Source of the DNA: Eledone cirrhosa | Lineage: Eukaryota | Length of the DNA: 64,000 nucleotides | Assembly (NCBI GenBank): GCA_964016885.1 | Contig: OZ024741.1 | Location: forward strand, 200,136,001 to 200,200,000 | Reading direction: 5' to 3' | Shown here: positions 26,540 to 39,029 of the stretch, one piece after another | Layout: the number at the start of each line of letters is the position of its first letter | Position numbering within the stretch: position 1 is the stretch's first letter | The notes under the pieces: generated by a model | Seen by the model: the letters and a program-made list of their open reading frames with translations, nothing else | Databases searched by the model: none | Told to the model about the DNA's origin: nothing | Translations under genes and position numbers: made by a program

Positions 26540-27707
26540 GGCAGTTTAAATTGTCTAGGCAGTGAAAAGTAAAAAGAAGCAACAACTTCAATGGAAGATT
26601 CAGTAATTCGGATATCTAGCTTAAAGTAAATTAATTCTGAAAAAAAGCACGTGAGATTTTATTGTATGAAATAATTGTTTCTACTTTAGGCACAAGGCCA
26701 GCAATTACCCAGTGCATTACTGGTACTTTATTTTATCGACCCCATAAGGATGAAAGGCAAAGTCAACCTCAGCGGGATTTGAACTCAGATCGTAAAGGGA
26801 CGTAACTATGCTGGAAAGCATGGCATTGTATGAAATAATACGTTCTAATATAAATCAGCATAACTTAAAAGAGCTTAATCCCTTCGAAAACCTTTTATTC
26901 GAATAATTAAAAGAATCCTTATATATGTAGAATCACGTTTTAAATTTACTTTTCTTTTAGCCATTGTATATTTTGTACTTTAACGATGTATAATATCCCT
27001 CTGACCAAGTAATTACTATTGAGGGAGGTAATTACAAGGATTCGTGCAATTAGTAGGTTGAGTATTATTATTGATATCAGAAAGCCTTTTGGCATTAGAT
27101 TGGAAGCGATAACGTTTTGACAAGAATAGTTAATTTTTAATCTACTTTTATTGAGGATCGTACGATATCTATGTCCTCTAAGTTTGTAGACCCAGTAATG
27201 TTAATGGCATATTGGATTCTATTTGAAAAATCACAAGAGCGCCTTGTTTTGGTAAAATTGGGGGTAGTATTAAAAAAAGGGCTTCAACCATTGATATGGG
27301 AAACACGTGCTTACTTATATTAGAAACTTAATTCTGAGGAACTGCGGGCAGATAATTAGAACATTTGATAATGTGGAATAATTTCTCGTTTGACTTTCGT
27401 TAAGGGCCGAATCAACTTCTTTCGAAGTCTAACGTAATTTAGAGAATTTACTATACGAAGGTTAAGTTTCACCCGTAATCTTTGAGCAGATGCCACAGAT
27501 GAACCTCATTAAATATTCCCTAAATCTGTGCAATTTGTGGTCGTTTATATTCTGGGAAACTAACAGCCCCTCGTCCCTATAAATTCCACCTCTTAAATTA
27601 GGAAATTTTAGATGCAGAGAATTCGGAATATAGGATCGTGTGAGCATGCACTATTCATCACCATCGAATTCATCTATAGGAACATCGAAAAACTCATCAT
27701 CGATTGT
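26540..27707 (-). pseudogene. Degenerate Penelope-like element (RT, thumb and GIY-YIG remnants)
   Basis: Manual translation FFDVPIDEFDGDE*CMLT..GGIYRDEGLLV..KITGET..RKSNEKLFHIIKCSNYLPAV resembles the PLE RT pattern FDVxMGxxDGAExCEL..GLYRDDGL..SNHPP; many stops. Confidence 0.7.
26676..26824 (-). mobile_element. SINE family I inserted in the PLE, 15-bp TSD
   Basis: TSD ATTGTATGAAATAAT at 26661-26675 and 26825-26839; B-box-like GAGTTCAAATCCC. Confidence 0.85.
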
Positions 27708-27769
27708 CTAAGTGGAGGCTGGATTGTTAAATAGAAATAAACAACGATTTTCTAGCATACAAGATAATA

Positions 27770-28141
27770 TTGGGGGAAGGCTAAGATGATTAAATAGCTG
27801 ACTGGTACTGTATTTATCGACCCCGAAAGAATGAAAGACAAAGTTGACTTCGGTAGGATTCAGAACGTAAAGAACCGTAACTAATTGCCACAAAGCCTTT
27901 TATCTAACGATTCTGCAAATCCGCCGCCCTGTCAGCATGCAAGATAATATTGATTTCTAATTTCAGAACAAAGGCAGCAAATTTTGAGGAAAAGCAAAGT
28001 TGTATAAATCAACCCTAGTATTTGACTGGACGAAAGGAAAAGTTGACATCGGCGAGATTTAAACTCAGAATATAAAGAGTCACAACAAATACTGGCATTT
28101 TATCTGACGCTCTACCAATTCTGCCAATCTACCATCTTTTA
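27770..28141 (-). mobile_element. Two tandem SINE family I copies
   Basis: Two heads and central domains, separated and flanked by GCATrCAAGATAATATT-like repeats. Confidence 0.75.
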
Positions 28142-28470
28142 GCGTGCATAATAATATTAAAATCTGAAACACAAATAGAGGGATACAAATCAACAATATG
28201 AAACTGGGTGAACCTATATTTACATCTGTCACCAATATTATCGAATCATTCGATAACCGGCGTGCAGTTATCCCATAAGGTGATCACTATATTGCGTTTT
28301 TACAAAATCGAATCTAAGCTGGATTTAATACAGTCGTATATTTAAAGATCGGTAATTCTGCCTTTAGCCTCTGAAATCATAGGACTATACAGTATATGTT
28401 TGCTCCTGATCTCGTGTAGGTTTATACATACATACATACATACATACATACATACATACATACATACATA

Positions 28471-31400
28471 CCCAGTTTTATATTGTTGATTTGTATCCCT
28501 CTATTTGTGTTTCAAGAGATACACAGCCTTAATGTGAGTGACAGACCATACCACACCAGAATCAGTAAAGAACCCACTAAATTAGAATTAGAAGCGGTGA
28601 ACGAAATAGCTGACAATTATCTGAAGGCTATATGATCTAAAGATGTAGAAACGACATTTGAAATGCTTAACATTTTGTTATATGTTTCAGCTGTCACATT
28701 GCTATCATATAAAAAACATCTAAAACCACGCAATCAAGATACGAACAAAAAGCCTGAACCAACGTGGGTGCGAAATTTAAAAAGCAAAATTGTGTCCCTG
28801 AGACGAAGTATCTCACAAATCGCAGTCATTATGAAATGCAACATAGAAAGCAACTTCACACGACACCAGGAAGACGTAAAAAAATTAGAGAGACGATTTG
28901 GAGATACCAAATTTAAAACTTTAAACTCCAAATTACACCAGTTGAAACAACAACTCACAGCTACAACAGAAAGACTAAAATATAAGTCAACAGCACATAA
29001 ACGACAAGTACTAAATAGATTGTTTGCCAGAGATCCTAAATCATTTTTCGCAGCTTCGGTGGCAAAAGCTCAATCTCTGTAAATGACACCCCTTCAAAAG
29101 AACAGGTTGAGAGCTACTGGAGATCTGTATGGGAAACGAATGACGGATTCAACAGACAAACTAATTGGCTAAAATAACTGGAACAGGACTACTGCCAACA
29201 TGTCCAGACAAAACAATATGACATAGATGGGTCAATACTGGAAACCGCTCTACAGAAAATGTCGAATAGGAAATCACCAGGCCCAGACCTCATTACAGGA
29301 TACTGGTTGAAGAATTTCACTTTCTATCGGCAAGATCTCATACGGCTGTTTACAGAAACATTAAAGGCACACAAGAACTGCCCAGATGGTTATCAACTGC
29401 CACTACTCTCCTCATTCCCCAACATAGCCAAACCACCCTTGCTAAAAATTACCGCCCAATAGCCTGCCAAAACATCATGTATAAATTATATACTGGATGC
29501 CTTAACCTATTCTTACAGAATCACTGTGCTACCAACAACATCATAACACATGAGCAAGCTGGTGGAAAGAGGGAGGTGTGGGGTTGCATAGATCACCTAC
29601 TAACTAATAAAATGATTCAAGAAAAAAACAACAAAGAATCGCAGAAACATGTGGTGTGGCTGGACTATCAAAAAGCATTTGATAGTGTACCTCATGGGTG
29701 GATTGTTAAGGATTTACAGTTAGCCAAAGTCCCACAACCACTGGTAGCTGATGTTGAACGTCTGACCAAGAACTGGTACACCAATTTGATCCTTAGAGGT
29801 GAGAAGGAGCAAATTAAGACTGATAAGATACATTACCAGAAGGGCATCTTTCAGGGTGATAACTTGTCAGTGCTACTCTTCGTTCTCTCACTAAATCCAC
29901 TATCTTACCTACTCAGGAAACAAGGTGGACAAAGAAGTGGGTCCAGAAGTATCTCCCATCTTTTCTTTGTTGATGACCTGAAGTTGTATGGGCCAAATAT
30001 CAATGACATCAAGAAACAATTGAACCTCATTACACAATTTTCAACAGACATCAAAATGAAATTTGGTGAGTTCAGGTGTGCATATTTGGCAGTAAAACAT
30101 GGAAGAGCTGTGCCCTCCTCTAGAAATCTAGAGATGAACGGCCTGACAATACAACCTCTACAGTCAGGTGACAACTACAGATATCTTGGACAGGATGAGA
30201 ATGTCAGATATGATGGACCTATAAATAAGGAGAGAACCAGAACTGAATACCTCAGAAGAGTAAAGAAAATATGGTCATCAGAACTATCAGCGTACATTTC
30301 CCACAAAACTTATGCTGTGCCAATTCTAACGCCAACATTTGGCCTGCTGAACTAAATGAGATGGATGTTAGAACTCGCAAACTTCTCAGTGTTACTGGGA
30401 ACTTTAACACCAATGGTGATGTGGATAGGCTATACTTCTCACGCAAGGAAGGTGGCCGTGGTCTAAAATCCATATTAACATCATATGAGACCCGGATAGT
30501 AACACTGAAGCAACATCTTCAACAGAGGAAAAAGGTTGGCAACCATCTTGCCCAGGTTTATGAGCATGAAGAAAAAATATCATTAGGATATATCTGGAGG
30601 AGAGATATGGAATAAAGCCTGATATAAATCTCTCACTCAGAGAAATCGGAAGATCCTATTCAATGTTCAAACAAGATAAAAAATTGACCAATTTACAGAA
30701 AAAATTGTGCATGGATACTTGAGACGTAAAACACAGACCATAGAGGGGATAAACCACTCAAAAAGCCTGGGATGGAGTTCCGACAAGTTTATGACATCAC
30801 ACCTTGAGGGATATCTCTATGCAATACAGGAACAAGAACTCCATACCAAATATCTGCTGCACAAAAGAGGAGGGCCATCAGCTGACAATAAATGCAGGCT
30901 ATGTAAAACAAAGATCGAAGATGTAAGCCACATTGTTGCCAGCTACGAAAGAATGTCATCTCGCTACTACCTCCCCATGAGACACGATGGGATAGCTAGA
31001 ACCATCTGGAACGCACTTCGGAAAACAAAATTAAAAACAAACGAGGAAGAATATATTGAGACAGATGGCACTAAGGAATACTGGTGGAACCTGAAAATAT
31101 AAACTGCCACCAAATTAAAGCACAACCGGCCTGATATTGTTGTTTGGGACCACACATTGAAAACGTGTTCTGTTGTGGAGATCAGCTGCCCACTTAATGT
31201 AAACGTTGTCAGAAAAATACAGGAGAAGGAGGACATCTACGGACCATTGATGAGGAGTTTACAAATCCATATCCAAGATACACCTTAAGCTTCATACCCA
31301 TCATTATTGGAGCTACAGGTTATATACCAACCTGCTTGGTCCAATGTATAACTGAACTTGGATTTGCGGACAAAGAGCGCAGTTCCCTAATTCATAGTCT

Positions 31401-31541
31401 ACAAATGGCTGCGATTGCTGGCACCTTCAAAATTGCAAAACATTCTTGCGATTCAAGGGATGACAATTTCTTTTCTTTTACAACCTTGCCACCAGGAAGG
31501 TGGCCGGTCAAAAATATACTCGAAATTAATAGAAAGAGATG
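28471..31541 (+). mobile_element. Degenerate R4/Dong-like RLE LINE, family C, flanked by (ACAT)n
   Basis: KSPGPDLI, LDYQKAFD, GIFQGDNLS, HLFFVDD, DVDRLYFSRKEGGRGL, CRLCKTKIEDVSHIV, SSRYYLPMRHD (shared with family A). (TACA)n at 28425-28470 and after 31545. Confidence 0.9.
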
Positions 31542-31580
31542 ACAAACATACATACATACATTTATACATACATTCATAAT

Positions 31581-31890
31581 ACATGATGACTGCCCCTTAG
31601 ATATCGATTATGGCCATTGCACTATATAACAGTATTAATAATTATCAATTAATGCTATCATGCAATGTCTGTGCATGAAGATTTTTTTAAAGTGAGGAAA
31701 GACTGTGCACTGAGCCAATCCCACTCTCTGAGCGACAGTAGCTGTAACCCGAAAAAAAGAAAAGATCAACATCATCGGTAACTACTGAGCCGTAGGTTTT
31801 ATGTCGGAGTTATCCCAGTTTCCTGAGTTGCCTTCTCCAAGAAGAATGCCCTGATAAAGGCTAGGGGTCCTTCACTCCCAGTGGTTTAAC
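31581..31890 (-). mobile_element. Short non-autonomous RTE-derived element
   Basis: Homologous to 42310-42615 and to 57635-58045 (reverse); 3' end resembles 5172-5220. Confidence 0.7.
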
Positions 31891-32104
31891 CGCGCAATCG
31901 GGTATCCAGCCCGATTATTTCTATGTCCCCGCGCATATACATACACATGCATACAATATATACACATGCATACATGTATATACATATTTACACATTTTAT
32001 TATACATACATATATACATACATACATACATACAGATAGACACACACACATACATATATATAATCTCACACACACACACATATATATATATACGTATAAT
32101 AGAT

Positions 32105-32300
32105 ACCAACTCGCTGTCGAGTACGACCGTTTTTGCACCCCTTCCTCCTCTTTAAAGATGCAGTGACTTCCCGTCATGACTCTCAAGATGGTATATATAC
32201 CAACATAGCAAGACCATAGCCCCACCTCTGATCGCTGCATCGAAACGTCTGCCGTTTGCAATAAACCCACACTGTCCACGAACCCTACCAACCCGACACA
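32105..32300 (-). mobile_element. RTE-type 3' fragment
   Basis: Terminal CCAACTCG-N4-CGAGTACG like 58467-58488; degenerate C2H2 remnant. Confidence 0.5.
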
Positions 32301-32481
32301 TATATGTATATATGTATACTAATTGGTGGCCGTTGATTCTCATGGGTTTCCTACAGTGGGTTTCGTTTTTTATCCTGCAAAGTTATTAAAAAAATTAACC
32401 TTTCCCACTTGGTAGGCTTGTTAGTTTAGTCGCCGATGACCCACCCATGCGAAAGTAGTGCTCAAGAGGGAATTGACACAC

Positions 32482-32527
<46 letters not shown>

Positions 32528-32639
32528 CTACCACCACCACCACACCGCCACGACACCACCACCACGACACCACACACCACCACACAACACCACACTCACA
32601 CATATACCTACATACACAAATGCATAGTTATATATAGTT

Positions 32640-32778
32640 CGAGCTTCTGCACAGTTTCCGTCTATGAAATTCCATTCACGGTTATTGGTAAACCAGATGC
32701 TAAAGAAGGTGCTATGTAGTGGGATCGGACCCGGAATCACATGATTGTGAAGCAAACTTCTTAAACACACCACCATGC
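32640..32778 (-). mobile_element. tRNA-derived SINE (different family)
   Basis: tRNA-like head (GGTGTGTTTAAGAAGTTTGCTTCACAATCATGTGATTCCGGGTCCGATCCC on the minus strand) and 3' GACGGAAACTGTGCAGAAGC. Confidence 0.6.
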
Positions 32779-33012
32779 TTGTGCTTATATGAACAGTTTG
32801 AAAATATATTTAATAAGATTATGTTGTTTCCAATATTTCTCAATACTCATCAGGGATTAACTGAAAATTAAATAGAAAACATGAAAAGGGTATTAAACAG
32901 AAACTGAATTATTGATGTGTGTAGGGTAGACCATGATAATGGGAATAAAATCTACTGTAAGAAATTAATAAAGAAAATATCAAACAAAAGAATGAATTAG
33001 AAGAGATCTTAC

Positions 33013-33029
33013 CTTACGAAATAATACAC
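33013..33029 (-). CDS. Candidate 17-nt microexon of an unidentified host gene
   Basis: TTATTTTGCAG acceptor and AAG|GTAAG donor in unique AT-rich DNA; phase 1 reads (S)VLFRK, compatible with exon 36612-36658. Confidence 0.4.
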
Positions 33030-33089
33030 CTGCAAAATAAAGAGAAATTCTCTTAAAAGAAATGCAAAAAATATAGTATTTCACATTGA

Positions 33090-33558
33090 TGTCTAATTTA
33101 TGCACAAGGCAAGCAAACCTGGGAAAAGAATAAAGTCGATTAAATCAACCCAAATACTTGACTGGTACTTTAATTTATCGATCCCAGAAAGACGAAGTGC
33201 AAAGTCAAACTCGGTGGGATTTAAACTAAGAATAAATACCGCAATGTTATTTTATCCGACGCTCTACCAATTCTGCCAATTCAACACCCTTTGTATAGGA
33301 TTAGTATATCAAGATGGAGGAAATAAATAACAATGGTGGCAATTCATATGAATCAATGGCAAAGTTATATATCCAGACGTTGTGGTGCCATAGTGATATA
33401 CAACGTATCTTGGGCATTTTAAACCTGGCGGAGCCCATTCTCTTTCCAGGTTGGAACCCAGGAGAGAGAGGGAGAGAGATAGAGATAGAGAGATAGAGAG
33501 AGAGAGAATGAGATGAAGTGAGAGAGAGAGGGAAAGGGAGATGAAGTGAGAAAGAGGG

Positions 33559-33646
<88 letters not shown>

Positions 33647-33790
33647 CAGCTGAAGTGAGAAAGAGATATAGAAGAAACGACCTCAGTACTGGACTGGTAC
33701 TATTTTATCAACCTCGAAAGGATGAAAGGCAAAATTGACCTCGGCGAGATTTGAACTTGGAGAGTTTCAGAGTCAGAACGAGGACCGCTC
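33090..33790 (-). mobile_element. Two SINEs (family I, and family II with internal (CT)n)
   Basis: Shared central domain; family II tail GGGCTCCGCCAGGTTTAAAATGCCCAAGA; (AG)n at ~33463-33670. Confidence 0.75.
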
Positions 33791-34099
33791 ACTTATGTTT
33801 AATTTTCAAGCTAAACTTATCACTTTCGGTTGTAGTACCAACAGCTTATATCACTTCTACACGAAGTGGGCGTGGTGGATTAACAGTATCGGTAGAGCGT
33901 CAAACAGAATGACTTGCTCCGAAACACGTGCTCCGATTTACGCGAAACTTGTTTTATTTCATTTGTATTCCCATTTCAAGGTCAACTTCCTTACAAAGTA
34001 TTTTCCCATTATGCGCCCTTTTGGCTGTATTACATTACAGACAAGCAAGCAAGCAATCACATCATTTTAGTAGTATATAGATAGATATATTTCTTTATT

Positions 34100-34161
<62 letters not shown>
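34100..34161. repeat. (GATA)n microsatellite
   Basis: Perfect run. Confidence 0.95.
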
Positions 34162-34324
34162 CTCCTTACCACTATGCCAGTATATAGGTTTGTATCTGGA
34201 GATAATTAAAGAATGGATTATTCAAAATGTTATGTATATTAAAAAAAACATACAAAAAGCTGGTAACAAGAGCGATTGCAATACTGGTTTCTAATTTTGG
34301 CACAGGACAAGCAATTTCTTAACG

Positions 34325-34555
34325 TGGGTGGGGGTTAAATATTCTTTCTAGCATTGGCACAACGCCAGCAATGTTGGTGAAGGGGAAAGTCGGTCATATC
34401 GACCCTAGTTCTTTTACTGGCATTTTACTCTATCGATCTCACAAGGATGATAAGCAAAGTTGACCTCGGCGAGATTTCAATTCAGAATGTATTGAGTCGC
34501 AGAAATTATTGCAAAGCATTTGTCCAACGCTCTAACAACTCTGCCAACCAGCCGC
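34325..34555 (-). mobile_element. SINE family I
   Basis: Head, central domain and tail recognisable. Confidence 0.75.
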
Positions 34556-34959
34556 GAGTGTTTGTTAAAGTGAGAGTTGATTGTCTGAATAAAAAGAAAT
34601 AGTTGCGCTTATGAGACAAAATTGAAATACCTTTAAGGTGCTAGTTTCCTAATTATATAAATTCAAATCTCGTTACTTCTGTAATTGAGTTGTAAACCTG
34701 CTATGGCTCAAAACTCTGTTAACCTAGCTGACAAGGGATTTCACTTCTGCATCACAGTTGGTTTGATAGGGATAGTTAGACTTTGAAACAATAACAACAT
34801 AAAATGTATGGAAATAAAGCAAAAATACTACAGTTGTGTAAATAAGAGTTTTATGTAATGCTAATTTCTATGAAATCTCTGTTGTGTTAATATCAAACTC
34901 AAATTTACAAATGTAGTGGAGAGCAATTAGTATAAATTTGTTTTTTAATGACAGCTTAA

Positions 34960-35205
34960 CTTTGTAAAAAAACAAAAAACAAAGACACTTAACCATCTAA
35001 AACACACACAAAAGCTGTCTCTCTCATGAGGTATCAAAATTTTCGCTGAACTTCTGTGACCTAGTTTATGACAATTCCACTCCAGCGGAGTTGTGTCATT
35101 GACCAAAGGAGCGACAAAAATTTTAATCCCTTACGAAATATATGAAAAGTGAATATAACAGTTTCTGTTTGTTTTTAGATTGCTAAATTGGATCACTTTT
35201 ACAGA
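34960..35205. mobile_element. Imperfect ~245-bp palindrome (MITE/foldback-like)
   Basis: Arms such as ATCTAAAACACACACAAAAGCTGT / ACAGTTTCTGTTTGTTTTTAGAT around the centre ATGACA..CTCC..GGAG..TGTCAT. Confidence 0.55.
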
Positions 35206-35264
35206 ATAGTTGCTTCAGTTTCATCATATGGTCTCACTTGCCAAACAAATACAAAGTGTGAGTG

Positions 35265-35870
35265 GGGTTCTATTTAAGTAGGTGGAGAAGTTCAAGTATC
35301 TCGAGGTCGTGTTCACGGGTGATGGAAGACAGGAGGCTGAATTAAGTGCAAAAATTGCAGGAGCTGGTGCAGTAATGCGCCAGCTTCAGTATTCAGTTAT
35401 CAGAAGAAGAGGCGCAAAAGCTAAACGCACTATCTTCAATTCGGGTTTCGTACCAACCCTTCCCTATGGTCATGAATCTTGGGTAACGACCGAAATACGA
35501 TCGCGGCTAAAAGCAGCCGAAATGGGATTCCTCCAGAGGGTCTTTGGAGTAACGTTACTCGATAGAGTGCGTAGCCCGGAGATCAGAGAGTCACTCCAGG
35601 TAGAGCCACTACATTTCCGAATTGGGAGATCACAGCCTCGATATTATGGACATGTGGTTAGAATGTCCCAGGAAAGAATCGCTGGACAGATCTTACGGGC
35701 AGGAGACAGAGGGGTAGAGCCCGAGCAAGATGGTTGGATAACATCCATGGGCTCAGCTGATTCGGTTTGGGGACCCAGCTGGATCAATTGGAGACGGTTG
35801 CTTCTAACAGGACTTGCTGCAAGGCATGTTTGGGGGGCTCTTCTCCCATGATCCTCTTAGGAATAAAATT
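35265..35870 (+). mobile_element. 5'-truncated RTE-clade LINE 3' portion
   Basis: EKFKYLEVVFTGDGR..PTLPYGHESW..AAEMGFL..LDRVRS.EIRE..YGHVVRM. Confidence 0.85.
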
Positions 35871-36119
35871 GATTATTAGAAAAAAAACAAAAAAACAAGA
35901 AAATTGTAATATTGTGATGTAGAGATTTAAGAACATTCATGATTTCCTAATTCCTAATCTCTGTTTTCTGTAGTTTCAAGTCGATGAGTAACAGATCTGT
36001 CTTGGGTTAAGATGCTAGTCTATTGTATGACTTTTTTTATGAAGTAAGTATTATAAGTCACTGATTGATCTATAGTGAAGCTACTATTTTGAGGAGTACT
36101 TATAGTAATTGGTAGCTTT

Positions 36120-36402
36120 GATTAGAGTGATCGATTCACTATCGTGAGTTCGTTAGATCGTCTCTCGGCTGCACGTTGTCTCCTTGAGCAAGACACTTTA
36201 TTTCCCGTTGCTCCAATTCACTCAGCTGACAAAAATGAGTTCTATTTGTAATTCAAAAGGTCAGCCTTCTGGCGCTGAATCTTCATGAGTATAGCGTTAT
36301 GGGTACATGTGTTTATGGAATGCTCAGCCGCTTTCACGTTAATTTCATTAGCAGGCTTTTTGTTCTTTTGATCAAACGACCGGAACGTTCGTCGTCGCAA
36401 AC
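36120..36402 (+). mobile_element. SINE with CORE-like domain
   Basis: CCTTGAGCAAGACACTTTATTTC.CGTTGCTC, shared with 51430-51660 (reverse). Confidence 0.6.
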
Positions 36403-36611
36403 TATGATTCAACAACACATAGTATATTTCTAGAGAAAGATGATTAACATGTCTTCAGACATCTGTAGCTTTTACGTCCTCAGTCCAACAGCGGATTGAA
36501 ATGTTAACAGATAATATTCAAATGCAAATGGTGGAAGATATTTGAAAAGCACAATTTGCGAGTCATGAGACATCGCTGGATGTGATCAACTGTCTTTATT
36601 TAATTGCTTAC

Positions 36612-36658
36612 TTTCTGAAGATTCCGATATCGGAAAAGAGCTACTTGGCGATGTTTCA
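36612..36658 (-). CDS. Candidate 47-nt exon (ETSPSSSFPISESSE)
   Basis: (GTT)n..GGCAG acceptor and GAAA|GTAAGC donor; phase 2 to 1. Confidence 0.4.
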
Positions 36659-36912
36659 CTGCCAACAACAACAACGACAGCAATAGCTGCAGCAAGAACA
36701 ACAAAAGCAGCAGCTGCAGTAGCAACGGCAGCTGCAGCAACAACAACAACAAAAACAACAACAACAACAACGATGATGATAATGATGTCGGCAACAGCAA
36801 TTGCAACGATGATCACGACAACAACAGCAAGGGGAATAGGAGTAGGAGGAGGTGGAGGAGGAAGAGATAAGTAATATTTTAATGATTGTGCCAGAGAAAC
36901 ATCATCTTCCAA

Positions 36913-37454
36913 GTACATCAGTTCTGGTTGGTCGAAAGTAAGGTACAGTTTCAGTCTCCTCCATAGCTACAAATGGTACATCAGTTCTGGTTGGTCGAAA
37001 GTAAGGTACAGTTTCAGTCTCCTCCATAGCTACAAATGGTACATCGGTTCTGGTTGGTCGAAAGTAAGGTACAGTTTCAGTCTCCTCCATAGCTACAAAT
37101 GGTACATCAGTTCTGGTTGGTCGAAAGTAAGGTACAGTTTCAGTCTCCTCCATAGCTACAAATGGTACATCAGTTCTGGTTGGTCGAAAGTAAGGTACAG
37201 TTTCAGTCCCCTCCATAGCTACAAATGGTACATCGGTTCTGGTTGGTCGAAAGTAAGGTACAGTTTCAGTCTCCTCCATAGCTACAAATGGTACATCAGT
37301 TCTGGTTGGTCGAAAGTAAGGTACAGTTTCAGTCCCCTCCATAGCTACAAATGGTACATCAGTTCTGGTTGGTCGAAAGTAAGGTACAGTTTCAGTCCCC
37401 TCCATAGCTACAAATGGTACATCGGTTCTGGTTGGTCGAAAGTAAGGTACAGTT
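36913..37454. repeat. 63-bp minisatellite, ~8.6 copies; open on the minus strand as (TVPYFRPTRTDVPFVAMEETE)n
   Basis: Unit starts at 36913, 36976, 37039 ... 37417; only two variable positions. Confidence 0.97.
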
Positions 37455-37739
37455 ATACTATAGTGCAAAAAAATGTTGTTTTTTTTCTGAAAGAAATCGA
37501 CTGGAAAGGGAACGGGCTCCGCCAGGTCTAAAATGGCCAAGTAACGTAGCTGGGTATGGGGGCAGTCCGCTCAGGGTGACACTTTTATGGGGGTAGCACT
37601 TTAAGAAGAAGTCACTGTACAATATGCTACGTTGTTTCTTTTTGTTGTGGTGGTGGGGGGGGGGGACTCAAGGACTGCCCTGATTGTACATACTCTAGCT
37701 ACACTTCTGTACACCATTGCTTAACACAGGTTGTTATGG

Positions 37740-37995
37740 CGTCGAATTAAAATGCATCGATATTCGTTTTGGCTCATTGCGTTCGATGTTCAAATCCCGA
37801 CGAGATCAACCTTGCCTTTAATTCTTTCGCGGTCTAGAAATAAAGAGCCAGACCAGTGCTGGGGTCGATTCTCTCTGTCTTTCTCTGGGAGAAACCAACT
37901 GAATTCCGTCTGATGCGGGATGGGCTCCGACAGGTTTAAAATGCCCAGGACTGGACGCGCGTCACAACAGCGCTCCAATGATTTGGGCTCTTTAT
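37740..37995 (+). mobile_element. SINE family II
   Basis: GTTCAAATCCCG, central domain and ATGGGCTCCG.CAGGTTTAAAATGCCCA tail. Confidence 0.75.
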
Positions 37996-39029
37996 CTTAT
38001 CATTGCTTAATACACCAAGAATCTATGGTAGTGTAAATTGTGAATTTCATATGCTTTATAGTTTACTAGAACAATTGCAAGCGAAACATGATGACCGCTT
38101 TTCACATCGAAGCCCGGTGGCTGTCACGTGTCTTCGAACGAAATACTCTTTTTTTTAATTAACTAGAACAAAAAAACTCCAGCATTGAATCCTCTGAATG
38201 TATTTAAATACAGATTTAGATAAAGGCCCATTCAATATGTTTACGTATAATAAACATATATTTGGTCTCGCTGTGAGCATTTAAGCTACGATCATGCCAC
38301 ATCTACCTTAGCACCACCACAAGAGCAGCGAAAGCCGTTACAGTTCTTCAACACACGTTTAATAACGCTCAGATGCTAAAGTAGAGAAGACAATAGCATC
38401 TTGCAAAGTTTTAAACCAAACTATTCTCGGCGTGTGTTTATTTACATATAGTGCAAGTTTTAATTAGCGATAGTACTAATATATACAATGTTTATTTATA
38501 ATAACGATACCATTAATCACACTACAAGTATGTTAAGTTGTGAATATGTAACAGATACCTCTGTAAGATTGGTGGGTGCATTTCACTGTCGTTACAGTTT
38601 GTCAGTGCTCGCTTACTTACATCCAGAGGCTAAGGTAAAGAAGACAATATCGTCTTACAGATTTTGTAAAGAAACCATCCTCGGAGAAGGCTTATTTACA
38701 TTTACTGTAAACTTGATCACCCTACTCACAGCGAGACTTGGTATTACAGTAAAGTTTAATGAACTAAACTACCACATTCAAAGAAAAAGTCTGCTTAGTA
38801 TGTAATATGATTTTACCACGTGAATTTGATGAAAAGTAAATTGAAATCTCAATTGGAGAAAGTTGATGTCACACACTTTCTAAAACTCCTTGATGAGATG
38901 TTTTTAACTGGTTAGTCAGGGAGGGAAAGGCAATACCCATGGGCCTTCTTAAGACCTTCAAGAGGAGGGAGTAAAACAGTAATGTAGTGACCGGAAGTTA
39001 CAGAAAGGGTTTTACTTCCTGTCTAGAGA

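Noticed and set aside
36586-36918. Hydrophobic Val/Ala ORF as a membrane protein
   Set aside because: Translation of degenerate (CAA/CAG/GAT)n triplet repeats.
36913-37454. Regular repeat resembling a CRISPR array
   Set aside because: Units are contiguous with no unique spacers; eukaryotic context and no cas genes.
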